A stretch of DNA of 64,000 bases from an uncultured Rickettsiales bacterium (GTDB taxonomy: Bacteria > Myxococcota_A > UBA796 > UBA9615 > CAYRNR01). A model generated the notes under the pieces. The model did not search any database and was not told the origin of the DNA. It saw only the letters and a program-made list of their open reading frames with translations. The stretch spans positions 3,213 to 67,212 of the forward strand of contig CAZDDH010000012.1 of NCBI GenBank assembly GCA_964504165.1, given 5' to 3'. The translations under genes and the position numbers were made by a program. Position 1 is the first letter of the stretch. Each line of letters begins with the position of its first letter. This document shows positions 17,078 to 26,921 of this stretch, piece after piece.

Positions 17078-18160
17078 TCACAGCTCATAGCTGTACACCA
17101 CCGGCGTGCCGTCCTCCGCCAGCTCCACTTCCACGGTCTCCTCGACCACACCTCTGGTGATCTCACCGTCAAAACTGAAGGCCTGCACCACGCCGGCAAA
17201 TTCATAGTCGAAACCGGACAGCTGGGTGCCGGGGGAGTAGTTCGTCGCATGCCCCGAAGCGGTCTGCCCCGCGGCGTCCGCCACGAAGGACAGGGAACGC
17301 AGATAGGCGCCGCGGCCTTCGGCGTCGCCCACGTGGAATCGGTAGTCCAGCGCCCTCCAGCCAAAGGCGGCATCTTCGAGCGGCACCGGGACCGCGCGCG
17401 CCGCCAGGTCCGGATCCGGTTGATCGTCGTCGAGGCCGTAGTTTTTGCCGTGGGATACCTCGAAGGCCTCGGCCTCCATCGGGCCCAGCATGGCGACGAG
17501 GTCCACGAGAACAGGGACCTGGGCCTGGTCCACCACGTCGTCGACGCAGACGCGGTTGTGTTCCAGGGAGTTGCCCGCCTCGAACACGGCGGCCACCTCG
17601 ACGGAGAGCTGGGTGCCGTCCTGCGTCACCGAGAGGATCTCCAGCGCGATGCGGCGGGGGTGCCAGCCGAAGCGGGGGTTGTAGCAGTTCTCGCCGCCGG
17701 ACAGCTCGTGGTCCGTGTCGATGGAGAACCCGGAGATGACGGCGTGGGCATCGCCCCGCACCTCGCGGGGGAGATCGATGGTGACGGTGACGGTGTCCCC
17801 GTCCGCGGTGGCCAGCAGGGAGGCCTGGCCGGTGCCGAAGGCCGCCTTGGCGGTGGAGACCCGGACCCAGTGGATCTGGATCGGCGCGGTGTCGAGGAAG
17901 GGGAATTCGGAGCAGGTGTCCCCGTCACACTCGTCGGGTAGATCGGCGGGCTCACCGGTGGTGGAGGTGCCCCCCACGATACTGGCCCGGGCGCCGTCGT
18001 CGTCGACGGCCAGCTCCACGTGGGAGACCCGGTGGTTGAACAGCTCCCACCGGTAGCCGGCCCCCTCGAGCCAGATGGCCTCGGTGGGGTCGTGACAGCC
18101 CAGGGAGATCGCCAGGGAGCACAGACCGAGCAGCGCCGCCGCTTTATGAGAGATCGTCAT
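17078..18160 (-). CDS. Hypothetical lipoprotein
   Basis: MTISHKAAALLGLCSLAISLGC signal/lipobox. High coding GC3. No motif I recognise. Confidence 0.5.
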   Translation of the reverse strand: MTISHKAAALLGLCSLAISLGCHDPTEAIWLEGAGYRWELFNHRVSHVELAVDDDGARASIVGGTSTTGEPADLPDECDGDTCSEFPFLDTAPIQIHWVRVSTAKAAFGTGQASLLATADGDTVTVTIDLPREVRGDAHAVISGFSIDTDHELSGGENCYNPRFGWHPRRIALEILSVTQDGTQLSVEVAAVFEAGNSLEHNRVCVDDVVDQAQVPVLVDLVAMLGPMEAEAFEVSHGKNYGLDDDQPDPDLAARAVPVPLEDAAFGWRALDYRFHVGDAEGRGAYLRSLSFVADAAGQTASGHATNYSPGTQLSGFDYEFAGVVQAFSFDGEITRGVVEETVEVELAEDGTPVVYSYEL

Positions 18161-18174
18161 GGCTTGATTCTAAA

Positions 18175-19374
18175 TCACTCGGCGGTAAGCCGCTCGGGGC
18201 AGCGATATTCCACGATCAACCGGACGGGGTGTTCGTAGGCCTCCGCCAGCTCCGGTAGGGGGCGTTCGCCGGCGCAGATCTGGTCTGCAGCTTCGCTGTA
18301 GTAGGTATATCGCTGGGGCTGGCCGTCCATGGGCCAGGCCAGCAAGATGATCACCTGGATCCCCACGGCGGCGCCGTAGATAGCGGTGGCCGCAATGCGT
18401 TCCAGGGTATTGCGCGGTCTGGCCAGCAGGGCCACGCCCAGTACCCCGAACAGGAAATAGTGCGGGAACAGGTGCTGGGGCAGCACCGTCAGGGCGAGGA
18501 TCGGCACCGCACCCAGGGCAGTCAGGCACCACACCGGGTGGAGCCACGGCGTCGGCAGCAGGGGAGGGCGACCCGAGCGCCAGCGGACCAACAGCACCAG
18601 CAGCACCACGGGGGCCAGGCCGCCCAGCACTGCGTTGAGGAGGTGCGTGGTGGGCATGGTGATGGACAGCTCGAAGGGCATCTCCACCCAGCCCTCTCCG
18701 TCGGCACCCCGGAAGACGGGCGCCAGCAGCGGCAGGCACAGCAGGGCGTGCACCGCCGGGCCGGCCACGAAGCGGATCGAGCCACGGTGGGGCCAGGCGG
18801 CCGCCAGCAAGACAGGAGCCAGGAAGATCCCCGAGGCGTGGCAGCCTGCGGACAACCCGAAGCAGAGCCCCGCCAGCATCAGCGCCCTGGGCTCACCGGT
18901 GCGGTACCCCCGCAGCAGCGGCCCGATGCCGGCGGCCACGAACAGGGGCAGGAATCCCGGCGAGTTGAAGTTCCGTACGCCGATGGTGAGGGCCGGCGAA
19001 GCGGCCAGCGCCAGCGCCAGCGGCAGGGCAGCCAGGGGGGCCTCCCGCCGCAGGCCAGCCCACAGGAGCGCGGGCGCCAACCCCAGCAGGGCCGCCCACA
19101 CCATGAGGTGCACCAGCGGCGGACCCGGCAGCCGGACGACCGGCACGAGCAGCAGCTGGTTGAGGGGGCCGTGGTAGATCCACTCGGAGCTGGAGGGGCG
19201 GAAGAAATCCATGAACCCCACGGTGGCGGGGAAGCCCAGGGCGTCCTCCAGGTAGAACGTGGAGCCAAAAAAGTAGGACTCGGGGCGGAGCAGCAGCAGG
19301 GCCCAGGCCGCCCCCAGCACGATCCACAGTTCGGACAGTTTGGCCGGCTTTCCCACGGCCGTAGAGTACACCAC
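18175..19374 (-). CDS. Polytopic integral membrane protein (hypothetical, about 9-10 TM helices)
   Basis: Successive hydrophobic helices (LWIVLGAAWALLLL, LVHLMVWAALLGLAPALLWAGL, LMLAGLCFGLSAG, APVVLLVLLV, and others). No catalytic motif recognised. Confidence 0.5.
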   Translation of the reverse strand: MVYSTAVGKPAKLSELWIVLGAAWALLLLRPESYFFGSTFYLEDALGFPATVGFMDFFRPSSSEWIYHGPLNQLLLVPVVRLPGPPLVHLMVWAALLGLAPALLWAGLRREAPLAALPLALALAASPALTIGVRNFNSPGFLPLFVAAGIGPLLRGYRTGEPRALMLAGLCFGLSAGCHASGIFLAPVLLAAAWPHRGSIRFVAGPAVHALLCLPLLAPVFRGADGEGWVEMPFELSITMPTTHLLNAVLGGLAPVVLLVLLVRWRSGRPPLLPTPWLHPVWCLTALGAVPILALTVLPQHLFPHYFLFGVLGVALLARPRNTLERIAATAIYGAAVGIQVIILLAWPMDGQPQRYTYYSEAADQICAGERPLPELAEAYEHPVRLIVEYRCPERLTAE

Positions 19375-19400
19375 CCGCCGGCCCGGAATGTGCCGGTGCC

Positions 19401-20744
19401 GTGGTGTGTTGGCGTGATGAATCCCGACGCGCCCCTGTCGAGCTTCCCATGGGCCAGGCCAGCACGCCGATCTCCCCCCTCACCGACGACTGGTTCGTCG
19501 ATCCGGATGCGTCGCTCCCCCTGCCGTTCGCGGCCGTCCCGTGCGAAGACGACCAGACGCAGGAGTCGGCGGGACGCTTGCACCTGTGGACGATGCGTGT
19601 GGTCGCTGGGTTGGCCCTGCTGTGCCTGCCGTTCGCGGCGGTGGTGGTGCACGGCCGGCTCCTGGACGCCTTTTGGTGCTGGGGTTTCGCCTCGGTGTTG
19701 ACCTACCTGTTCTGCGTGCAGGGTTTCGTGCTGGCGCTCGTGGCCGGCTCTGCCCTGTGCCATCGCGGCGAGAGGGCTACCCGGCTGGTGGCATCTGGCC
19801 AGCGGCTGACGATGCGGCGGCTACGCAACAACCGGCGCCTGTTGCAGGAGCTGGACGGGCGCTATCGGGCGGTGGGCATGGTGCGCTCGCTGGTCCTCTC
19901 GTCCCCGCTGAGCGCGGCGGGGGCCTCGGCGCCCCGGGTAGACCTGTTCCTCATCGATCACGATGGGCAGACGGTGGACCTGGACGAGAGCACGGACGAG
20001 CTGCGCATCGAAAAAGACGGGGAATGGCTGGCCTTCATGCTGGACCTGCCGCTGGTGGACGGCCGGCACGGGCAGGCGATGCCGCTGCTCACCGGGACGC
20101 CGGCCCGGGGGGCGGAGTGCTGCGCTGAACCGGAGCCCGCCCCTCCGCCACCCCAGGTGTTCGAGTGGGACGCGGAGGCGTTGGCGATGTACGAGGAGGC
20201 CAGCGTGCCGTTGGCTCCGGCGCCGGTGGGCTGGGCGGGCAGCCTCCTGATCCACGGAGTGCTGGTGGTCATCGCGGCGGTGGCGGGCGGCTGCCTGGCC
20301 GACGCCCTGGCGAGCGTCCAGACGAAGGGCATCGCCTGGGGTACCGGTTACCTGGCGGCCCTGGCCCTCGTCGCCGCCGGCCACTGGCAATGGCGGCGCG
20401 TGCGTCACCACGATCGCCAGGCCGAAGCGGTCCGCATATTCGGGGAGCCGGTGGACATGTGGCGCCTACGGAGGGATGCCGGTCTGCGGCGGCAGCTCGC
20501 GACCGCGGTGCGCGAGATCGGGGTGGAACCGTCGATGGATCGCCCGGTGGCGTACACCTTCGGCGAACGTTTCGACCCCCGCTGCACCACCTCCTATCTG
20601 ATCACCCGCGACGGTGTGAGCTGCGATCTGGAGTCGGGGCGGGAGGGCGACGCCGTGGCGGGCCGGGCCCGCTGGCTGGCAGACAAGCTGGGCGTGCCGC
20701 TGACGGACCACCGGGTGCTGGAACCCGCCGACATAGAGTGGTGA
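19401..20744 (+). CDS. Membrane protein made of two tandem (2 TM plus soluble domain) modules, hypothetical
   Basis: Two hydrophobic hairpins (VVAGLALLCLPFAAVVV/GFASVLTYLFCVQGFVLALVAG and LLIHGVLVVIAAVAGGCL/LAALALVAAGHW), each followed by a related soluble segment. The start may instead be the ATG at 19449. Confidence 0.45.
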   Translation: MVCWRDESRRAPVELPMGQASTPISPLTDDWFVDPDASLPLPFAAVPCEDDQTQESAGRLHLWTMRVVAGLALLCLPFAAVVVHGRLLDAFWCWGFASVLTYLFCVQGFVLALVAGSALCHRGERATRLVASGQRLTMRRLRNNRRLLQELDGRYRAVGMVRSLVLSSPLSAAGASAPRVDLFLIDHDGQTVDLDESTDELRIEKDGEWLAFMLDLPLVDGRHGQAMPLLTGTPARGAECCAEPEPAPPPPQVFEWDAEALAMYEEASVPLAPAPVGWAGSLLIHGVLVVIAAVAGGCLADALASVQTKGIAWGTGYLAALALVAAGHWQWRRVRHHDRQAEAVRIFGEPVDMWRLRRDAGLRRQLATAVREIGVEPSMDRPVAYTFGERFDPRCTTSYLITRDGVSCDLESGREGDAVAGRARWLADKLGVPLTDHRVLEPADIEW

Positions 20745-20753
20745 AATCCCGCC

Positions 20754-21881
20754 TCAGCGGTCCCGCAGCAGCCCCCACCAGAATGCCGTCAGCAAGATGT
20801 CCTCGCGGGTCCGTACGCCGTATCCCGGAGACGTAGTTTTCTCCCTTTGTGGGCGCATTCGTGCAGCGTGCCGGTAGGCCTCACGGTACCGCTGCTGGTC
20901 GACGTAGAGGCGCGCCAGCTCTGCTTCGGCCTGATTGCTCCAGGCCAGCGAGCAGGTGCACTGGATCGGTTCGGCCGTTGCGGCCAGCAGCTGCTCCTCG
21001 GCGGCCTCGAAGGATTCGGTCTTGCGCAGTAGACGCGCGAGCTTGACCCTTCGCCGGGCCATCTGGAATCCGGGGGGCTTGTCCAGGTTGGCCGCGAGGA
21101 ACACCTGCGCGGCGGCCACCTCGTCGTTGTAGAAGTATTTGTCCGCGATCACCTCCTGAACATCGATGGCTGCTCGTGGTGGGATGGGAAGGGCGTCGAG
21201 GAGGCGCTTCAGCTCGGCGGGTGGCCGGCTCTGACCGTAGCTGACGAGTTGATCGCGCACGGCTCGCTCCGAAGGAGGCAGGGCGCAGGGATAGAAATGC
21301 TGGTGCGGACCGTAGGCCCGGTAGCCGTTGGCGCGTGCCCATCCCTGGACGAAGGGCAGCTGCGTGGGGACGGCCGCGTAATGGGGGACGAGCAGGACTA
21401 TCGCCAGGCCGCCGCCCAGGACCAGGCAAAGCAACGCGATCCCCGCCGCCGCCCTGGGACGGACGGACTTGAGCCCCCACAGCAGGGACGCCACGGCGGG
21501 AAGGCCCAGCATCAACAGCGGTAGGGCCGCGCACACCGCCCGGGACAGAGGCAAGCTGTTGTGGAGGCTGTCCCCAAGGGAGCCCGCGACCCGGCACATC
21601 ACCCACAGCGCACCCACAGGGAAGATCCAGTGCAGCAGGTAGAGCCCCCAGCTCCGCGGCATGGCGCTCATGGAGAACAGGGCGATCCACACCGTCGCCA
21701 GCGACCACACGGGCAGCGCGAGGGCGGACAGGACGTACAGCTCGTAGGCCAGCGGGGAGACGGTGAGGTGGATCTGGTGGGCGGAGGCGATCAGCCACCA
21801 CAGCATCCCGATCGTCAGCAGCATCATCCCCGCCTGGGCGGCGAAGAACCATCGTCCCCGGTACAGGGTTCGCAGGATCAT
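20754..21881 (-). CDS. Membrane protein with a C-terminal helical-repeat (TPR-like) domain, hypothetical
   Basis: ATG at 21881 (MILRTLYRGRWFF...). 6-7 TM helices, then a helical soluble tail. Trimmed from the 669-aa track ORF, whose 5' part is antisense to CDS 22035..22820. Confidence 0.5.
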   Translation of the reverse strand: MILRTLYRGRWFFAAQAGMMLLTIGMLWWLIASAHQIHLTVSPLAYELYVLSALALPVWSLATVWIALFSMSAMPRSWGLYLLHWIFPVGALWVMCRVAGSLGDSLHNSLPLSRAVCAALPLLMLGLPAVASLLWGLKSVRPRAAAGIALLCLVLGGGLAIVLLVPHYAAVPTQLPFVQGWARANGYRAYGPHQHFYPCALPPSERAVRDQLVSYGQSRPPAELKRLLDALPIPPRAAIDVQEVIADKYFYNDEVAAAQVFLAANLDKPPGFQMARRRVKLARLLRKTESFEAAEEQLLAATAEPIQCTCSLAWSNQAEAELARLYVDQQRYREAYRHAARMRPQREKTTSPGYGVRTREDILLTAFWWGLLRDR

Positions 21882-22034
21882 CGGGGCTCTCTGACCGGGC
21901 GCTGGGGAGACAACGTGTGAACACCGCGGGTCCGGTGGGCCTTCCATGTGACGATTCTGTCCGGGGACATTGTCTTCCGTTGCCCTCGCCTGAACTCCGT
22001 TCAAGCTGGTCCCAGCTGGAAAGAATGAGGAGGA

Positions 22035-22820
22035 GTGATGGGACGCCTGTTCCTTATGACGATGATCTCGATGGCGCTGCTGATGGGTTGTCCGGGCCCC
22101 ACCGACGACGATGATGTGGCCACCGACGACGACGATGACGTGGGCGACGACGACACCACGCCCTTCGAGCCCCCCGAGTGGTGCACAGAAGCCGAGGCGG
22201 GCATCTGGCAGCAGATCGACGACCACCCGGCGTCGCCGTACTTCGTACACCACCCGGACACGGACGCGCTGGACGTGCCCACGGTGTTGTTCCTCAGCGG
22301 CGGGCCGGGGGATGAGGGGACGGCGTCTGCCACGTTCCAGGCATGGCTTGCCGGCGGCGACGGCCTGGACCAGGTCAGGGCTGTGGCGCCCTTCGCCGAG
22401 GACGGCGACCTGCTGGACGAGTACGACCGTTCCATCGAGATCATCGACGAGATCCTGGCCTGCTATGGCGGCGACCCGGCCAGTGTCCATCTGGGTGGGA
22501 CGTCCAACGGGGGCCGGGGAGCCTTCGAGCTGATGCTGGACCACCCCGAACCCTTCGCCACCTTGCTCGGTGCACCGGGGATCTTCCCCACCTACCCGTC
22601 TTTCGACGACGATGCGATCCTGGCTGCGCTGGAGGGCAAGGCGGTGTTCAACGGCGTCGGCGAGACGGACACCCAGTGGCAGGGCGCCGTGGAGCAGACC
22701 CACGAGCATTTCGAGGAGCTGGGTATCGACTCGGTCTACGTGGAGTTCGCCGGCGAGGGCCACATCCTCACGGCGGGATTCGACGAGACGGTGTTCTTCG
22801 ACTTCTGGCTAGCCCACTGA
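22035..22820 (+). CDS. Lipoprotein alpha/beta-hydrolase (carboxylesterase/dienelactone-hydrolase-like)
   Basis: Signal/lipobox MISMALLMGC. Poly-Asp linker. Nucleophile elbow GGTSNGG. Distal GETD and GEGH fit a Ser-Asp-His triad. Confidence 0.6.
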   Translation: MMGRLFLMTMISMALLMGCPGPTDDDDVATDDDDDVGDDDTTPFEPPEWCTEAEAGIWQQIDDHPASPYFVHHPDTDALDVPTVLFLSGGPGDEGTASATFQAWLAGGDGLDQVRAVAPFAEDGDLLDEYDRSIEIIDEILACYGGDPASVHLGGTSNGGRGAFELMLDHPEPFATLLGAPGIFPTYPSFDDDAILAALEGKAVFNGVGETDTQWQGAVEQTHEHFEELGIDSVYVEFAGEGHILTAGFDETVFFDFWLAH

Positions 22821-22907
22821 CGCGAGAATCCAGTCTTCCCTCGCTGCCTCGGCTTTAACTCGAGGACGCCCTGCAGTATAAGAAACCGGTCTTTTGCAGG
22901 GGTTTTC

Positions 22908-24878
22908 ATGAGCAAATTCCGTGTGTGTTTTGTCGTTTTCGTGCTGTTGTGCGCCGGGACGGTCCTGCCGGCACAGGCCGGGAAGAAACGGGCTGTGGAG
23001 CTGGAGCCGGGTTTCTTCAACTGGGACCAGTTCAGCTACTCGGAACAGCCTCAGATCGTCAAGACGCTGCTCGCCGGCCGCTACCTCGTCAAGCTGGGGG
23101 GCGGGATCATCGACTACTCGGACGAGGTGATCACCTATGACGGCGACAGCACGCTGACGACCGAGTTCACGCTCCGGGCCATCTTGGGCGAAGACTCGAT
23201 ACCCGAGCGGCTCTATGTCGCCGCCGTCGACCCGACCCTGGGCGAAGCGTTGGAAGTGGATCGCATCTCCATCCAACGCAAGGCTCACCCCGAAGTGCGT
23301 TTCAAGCGGGAGGACCTGCTCGAAGAGGTACCGGAGTGGTCCGAGGGGTACTACGACAGCCGGCGGCTCTACTACATCCCGATGCCCGAGGATTCGGACT
23401 CGGCGACCGTGGAGATCTCCGTCCGGGTGATTACCCGAAGCCAGCCGGGCTTCGAGGGGCTTGTCCAGACCGTCTCCTTCCTGCAGACCGGTGGTGCCTG
23501 CCGGGAGCGGGTGTTGACCATCCGGTATCCCAAGGAGCACCCGCTGTATCTCAAGCAGCATGGATTCACTGCCAAGATCAAACCGAAGCGAGATGGGGAC
23601 TGGGAGGAGGTAACCCTGGCGCTCAAGCAGCTGATGCCGCTGTACGACGAGCGCTGGTCCGCCCACATGGTGGCCAACTTCCCCTCGTTCCTGATCTCGT
23701 CGGTGCCCAGCTGGGACGACTTCCACGAACGGGCGGTGCGGGTCTACGAGCAGAAGATCGTGGCCGACGATGCCATCCGAGCCGAGGTGGCGCGTCTCAC
23801 CGAAGGCCTCACTGACGATCGGGCCAAGGCCGAGGCGCTCTATCGCTTCATCACCATGGAGTTCCACTACCTGGGTGTCTACTTCGGCGAAGCGGGCTGG
23901 GTGCCCCACCCGGCGCCGGAGGTCTTCTCCAACCGGTACGGTGACTGCAAGGACCACACGATCCTGCTCGTGACGATGCTGCGGGAGGCGGGTATCGAGG
24001 CCTATCCGGCCTTGATCAACGCCGGCGAGATGGGGCTCGTGGACCAGGAGTTCCCGTTCTTCCTGGGGAACCACGCCATCGTCTACGCGGTGCTCGACGG
24101 ACAGGGGATGTTCCTCGATGGCGTGTCCAACCCGTATCTGTTCGGCACGCCGCGCAACGCCATCCGCAATCGCCAGGCCGTCGTCCTGAAGCTGGAGGGC
24201 CACGAGTTCGTCGATACCCCGGGCGGTGAGGCTCAGATGTGGTCGACGCGGGAGGAGACCCAACTCACCATCTCCCATGACGGAGCGCTGGTGGGTCGCA
24301 CCGTGCTCACCTACGAGGGCTCGGAGGCGGCGGAGCTGAGGGACGATTTCAGGACGCGACGTCCCGCCCACATCGAGCGGGACGATCACCAGCGGGTGGC
24401 TCGTCACTACATGCTGGCCGAGGACGTGGTGTTCAGCCAGGAGGCCGATCCGGCGGCCGGCGGAGGGCCGCTGGAGCGGACCGTCGAGCTCCGTAGCGAT
24501 GAACATGTGCGCACCTGTGGGCCGTTGATGTTCCTGGAACTGCCGTTCCTGGATCCCCCGTCTGCCATCGAGGCCGAGACCGACGCCCACGATTTCCCGG
24601 TCTGGGTCACGCCGTTCTCCTACCAGGCGGTGCTCACCGTCGAGTTGCCGCTGGGGTACCAGATCATCGATCCACCGGAGGACCACAAGACGATACGCCC
24701 CGGGGGGGTCTTGAAGGTCGACTACACGACGCGGCCGGGGTCGCTGGTCGTGGAAGTGGATGCGGTGTGGAAGAGCGCTCGCCTGGCTGCTGCCGCCGCC
24801 GAGAGCTACGCCATGTTCAGGACCCTGCTGGCGGATAACCTCGACCAGCAGATCGTGCTGCAGGAGGTGGGACGATGA
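22908..24878 (+). CDS. Secreted DUF3857-type protein with a transglutaminase-like cysteine-protease core
   Basis: Signal peptide FVVFVLLCAGTVLPAQA. Core NRYGDCKDHTILLVTMLREAGIEAYPALIN with downstream GNHAIVY and FLDG (Cys-His-Asp). Confidence 0.65.
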   Translation: MSKFRVCFVVFVLLCAGTVLPAQAGKKRAVELEPGFFNWDQFSYSEQPQIVKTLLAGRYLVKLGGGIIDYSDEVITYDGDSTLTTEFTLRAILGEDSIPERLYVAAVDPTLGEALEVDRISIQRKAHPEVRFKREDLLEEVPEWSEGYYDSRRLYYIPMPEDSDSATVEISVRVITRSQPGFEGLVQTVSFLQTGGACRERVLTIRYPKEHPLYLKQHGFTAKIKPKRDGDWEEVTLALKQLMPLYDERWSAHMVANFPSFLISSVPSWDDFHERAVRVYEQKIVADDAIRAEVARLTEGLTDDRAKAEALYRFITMEFHYLGVYFGEAGWVPHPAPEVFSNRYGDCKDHTILLVTMLREAGIEAYPALINAGEMGLVDQEFPFFLGNHAIVYAVLDGQGMFLDGVSNPYLFGTPRNAIRNRQAVVLKLEGHEFVDTPGGEAQMWSTREETQLTISHDGALVGRTVLTYEGSEAAELRDDFRTRRPAHIERDDHQRVARHYMLAEDVVFSQEADPAAGGGPLERTVELRSDEHVRTCGPLMFLELPFLDPPSAIEAETDAHDFPVWVTPFSYQAVLTVELPLGYQIIDPPEDHKTIRPGGVLKVDYTTRPGSLVVEVDAVWKSARLAAAAAESYAMFRTLLADNLDQQIVLQEVGR

Positions 24879-26914
24879 GCGGTTTCACGCGAATCCTCGT
24901 GGGCTTCACCGTGGCTTGCCTGTCGCTTCAGTCCGCCGTCGCGCAAGAGCAGACGGCCGTGGAACGGTTCCCGGACGACGACGTCCTCCGGTTGGATATG
25001 TCCATCGAGATCACCAAGCAGCCGGACGGCGGCGTCGTGGTGATCAAGCGCATGTCCCACATGGCGCTCACCGAGGCGGGGCGGGAGAAGCTGCAGGACT
25101 ACGAATTCCAGTTCAACAAGGCCTACGAGGAGTTGCATGTCGAGCGGGCCTGCACCTTGGGCATGGACGGCCGGGAGGCCTGTGCCACCCCAGAACAGAT
25201 CTTCGTCGAGCCCGAGGAGGACGCTGAGGTCATCGAAGGAGTCTGGGAGCCGCACCGGGTCACCGTGCTGCTCACCGAGATGATGATCGGATCGATCACC
25301 GAGCTGGAGCTGCGGACGGAGATCAAGCAGCATCGCTGGTTCTCCAAGATCAATGCCATGAGTGACTGGGGGCCTTCCGAGCGCGTCGAGGTCGTCGTGC
25401 GGCATCCACAGAACCAGCCCTTCTGTGGCCGCGCGGTCGGGGCCGAGGCGGCCTATGAACGCAGCGAGGTGGACGGGATGGAGGAGCAGAGCTGGACCTT
25501 CGGGCCGCAGCCGGCGCCCCCCAAGGACACCAAAAGGCCTTCCAACGGCGAGCTGTCTCCGTCGCTCTTCCTGTCCGAGTTCGAGACCTGGCAGCAGTTC
25601 GTGGACTGGTACGAGCCGCACATCGCCGAGGCGCGCGATCGTTTCAGCGGTGGACCGGCCAGGGAGGTGCTCGCCCTCGCCGACGCGGACGTCAAGGCCA
25701 TGGATCCGGTGCTGCGGATGGCCTTCTTGGTCGAGGACCGTACCGAGCACTCGGATGTGTGGATCAAGCGCTGTACGCTGATCCCCGGCAAACTGAAGAC
25801 CATCGTCAAGGAGACGGGTACCTTGGTCGAGCGCGCGGTTGCGCTGCAGACTCTGCTCCTCGACGCGGGGGTCGAGGGGGTCCATCTGGCCCTCTCCACG
25901 AACACCAGGAACGGTGTCCCTGGAGACTTCCCGTGTCCCATGGCGTTCCAGAAAATGGGCGTCTACGTGGACGGACGCGGGTTCATCGATCCGGACACCC
26001 ACGCCGACTACGTGGACACCATCCCGTCCTATCTACACGGTGGAACGCTGGTGATCCTGGATCCGGCGGGCCCGCGCTCGCTGGTGGGGGAGGAACTGAC
26101 CGATCCCGAGGCCATCAACGGGTACCACCGCACGGGACAGCTCTTCATCGAAAACGGCAACCTGCGCGTGGACGAGGACATCCAGCTGACCGGGGCCGAG
26201 GGGGCCGAAGCGCGCTCCTATTGGCGCCGATATCAGGAGGACATCGAGAAGGACGAAAAGAGTGATCGCAAGACCAATCGTCTGTATCAGCGGTACTTCG
26301 TGGAGCGTGAAGGCGCCAACTACGTGGAGCGGGGGATCTGGGATCACGTCAAGGACCACGGCTACGCCCAGGGGCACGTGAGCATGGTGGCCATGTTCGA
26401 TCCGTGGGACCTGGAGGCGGAGACTGCGATCCACGTCCGCTACACCCCGGAGGACGCGGTCGAGACCAAGGGCAACCTGATGCTGGTCAGGCTGCCGTTC
26501 GTGCTCGGTGGCGTCTCCACCGCCTGTGCCAAGGCGTCTTCCCTACGGGACGCGCCGGTGGAGATCATGCCGACCCACTACACCTACCGCTGGGAGCTGA
26601 TCATCCCCGAGGGATTCCAGGTGCTGGGCTTGCCCAAGGACCGGACCATTGAGAGCGAATACGCCTCGTTGTCGATCCAGTTCCGGGAAGAGACGGTGGA
26701 GATCCGGCCGCTACTGGAAGCGGACGGGGCGGACGACGGGGAGGAGCCGGAGGCGCCGGCGGAGCCCGTTCAGGGCCGCGCTGTCATCATCGAAGCGGAG
26801 CTGCTCACCCCCCACAATCGCATCCCGGTGGAGGCCTTCGACGAGTTCCGCGCGGTGAAAGCTCAGCAGCTCTTCACCGCCACCGACCCCATCGTGTTCT
26901 CTCGCTCCAGGTAG
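24875..26914 (+). CDS. Secreted paralogue of the preceding protein lacking the catalytic Cys/His (pseudo-transglutaminase)
   Basis: ATGA overlap with the upstream stop. Signal peptide ILVGFTVACLSLQSAVAQ. The segment equivalent to the core reads ETGTLVERAVALQTLLLDAGVEG ... QKMGVYVDG. Confidence 0.5.
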   Translation: MSGFTRILVGFTVACLSLQSAVAQEQTAVERFPDDDVLRLDMSIEITKQPDGGVVVIKRMSHMALTEAGREKLQDYEFQFNKAYEELHVERACTLGMDGREACATPEQIFVEPEEDAEVIEGVWEPHRVTVLLTEMMIGSITELELRTEIKQHRWFSKINAMSDWGPSERVEVVVRHPQNQPFCGRAVGAEAAYERSEVDGMEEQSWTFGPQPAPPKDTKRPSNGELSPSLFLSEFETWQQFVDWYEPHIAEARDRFSGGPAREVLALADADVKAMDPVLRMAFLVEDRTEHSDVWIKRCTLIPGKLKTIVKETGTLVERAVALQTLLLDAGVEGVHLALSTNTRNGVPGDFPCPMAFQKMGVYVDGRGFIDPDTHADYVDTIPSYLHGGTLVILDPAGPRSLVGEELTDPEAINGYHRTGQLFIENGNLRVDEDIQLTGAEGAEARSYWRRYQEDIEKDEKSDRKTNRLYQRYFVEREGANYVERGIWDHVKDHGYAQGHVSMVAMFDPWDLEAETAIHVRYTPEDAVETKGNLMLVRLPFVLGGVSTACAKASSLRDAPVEIMPTHYTYRWELIIPEGFQVLGLPKDRTIESEYASLSIQFREETVEIRPLLEADGADDGEEPEAPAEPVQGRAVIIEAELLTPHNRIPVEAFDEFRAVKAQQLFTATDPIVFSRSR

Positions 26915-26921
26915 TCCCTTC

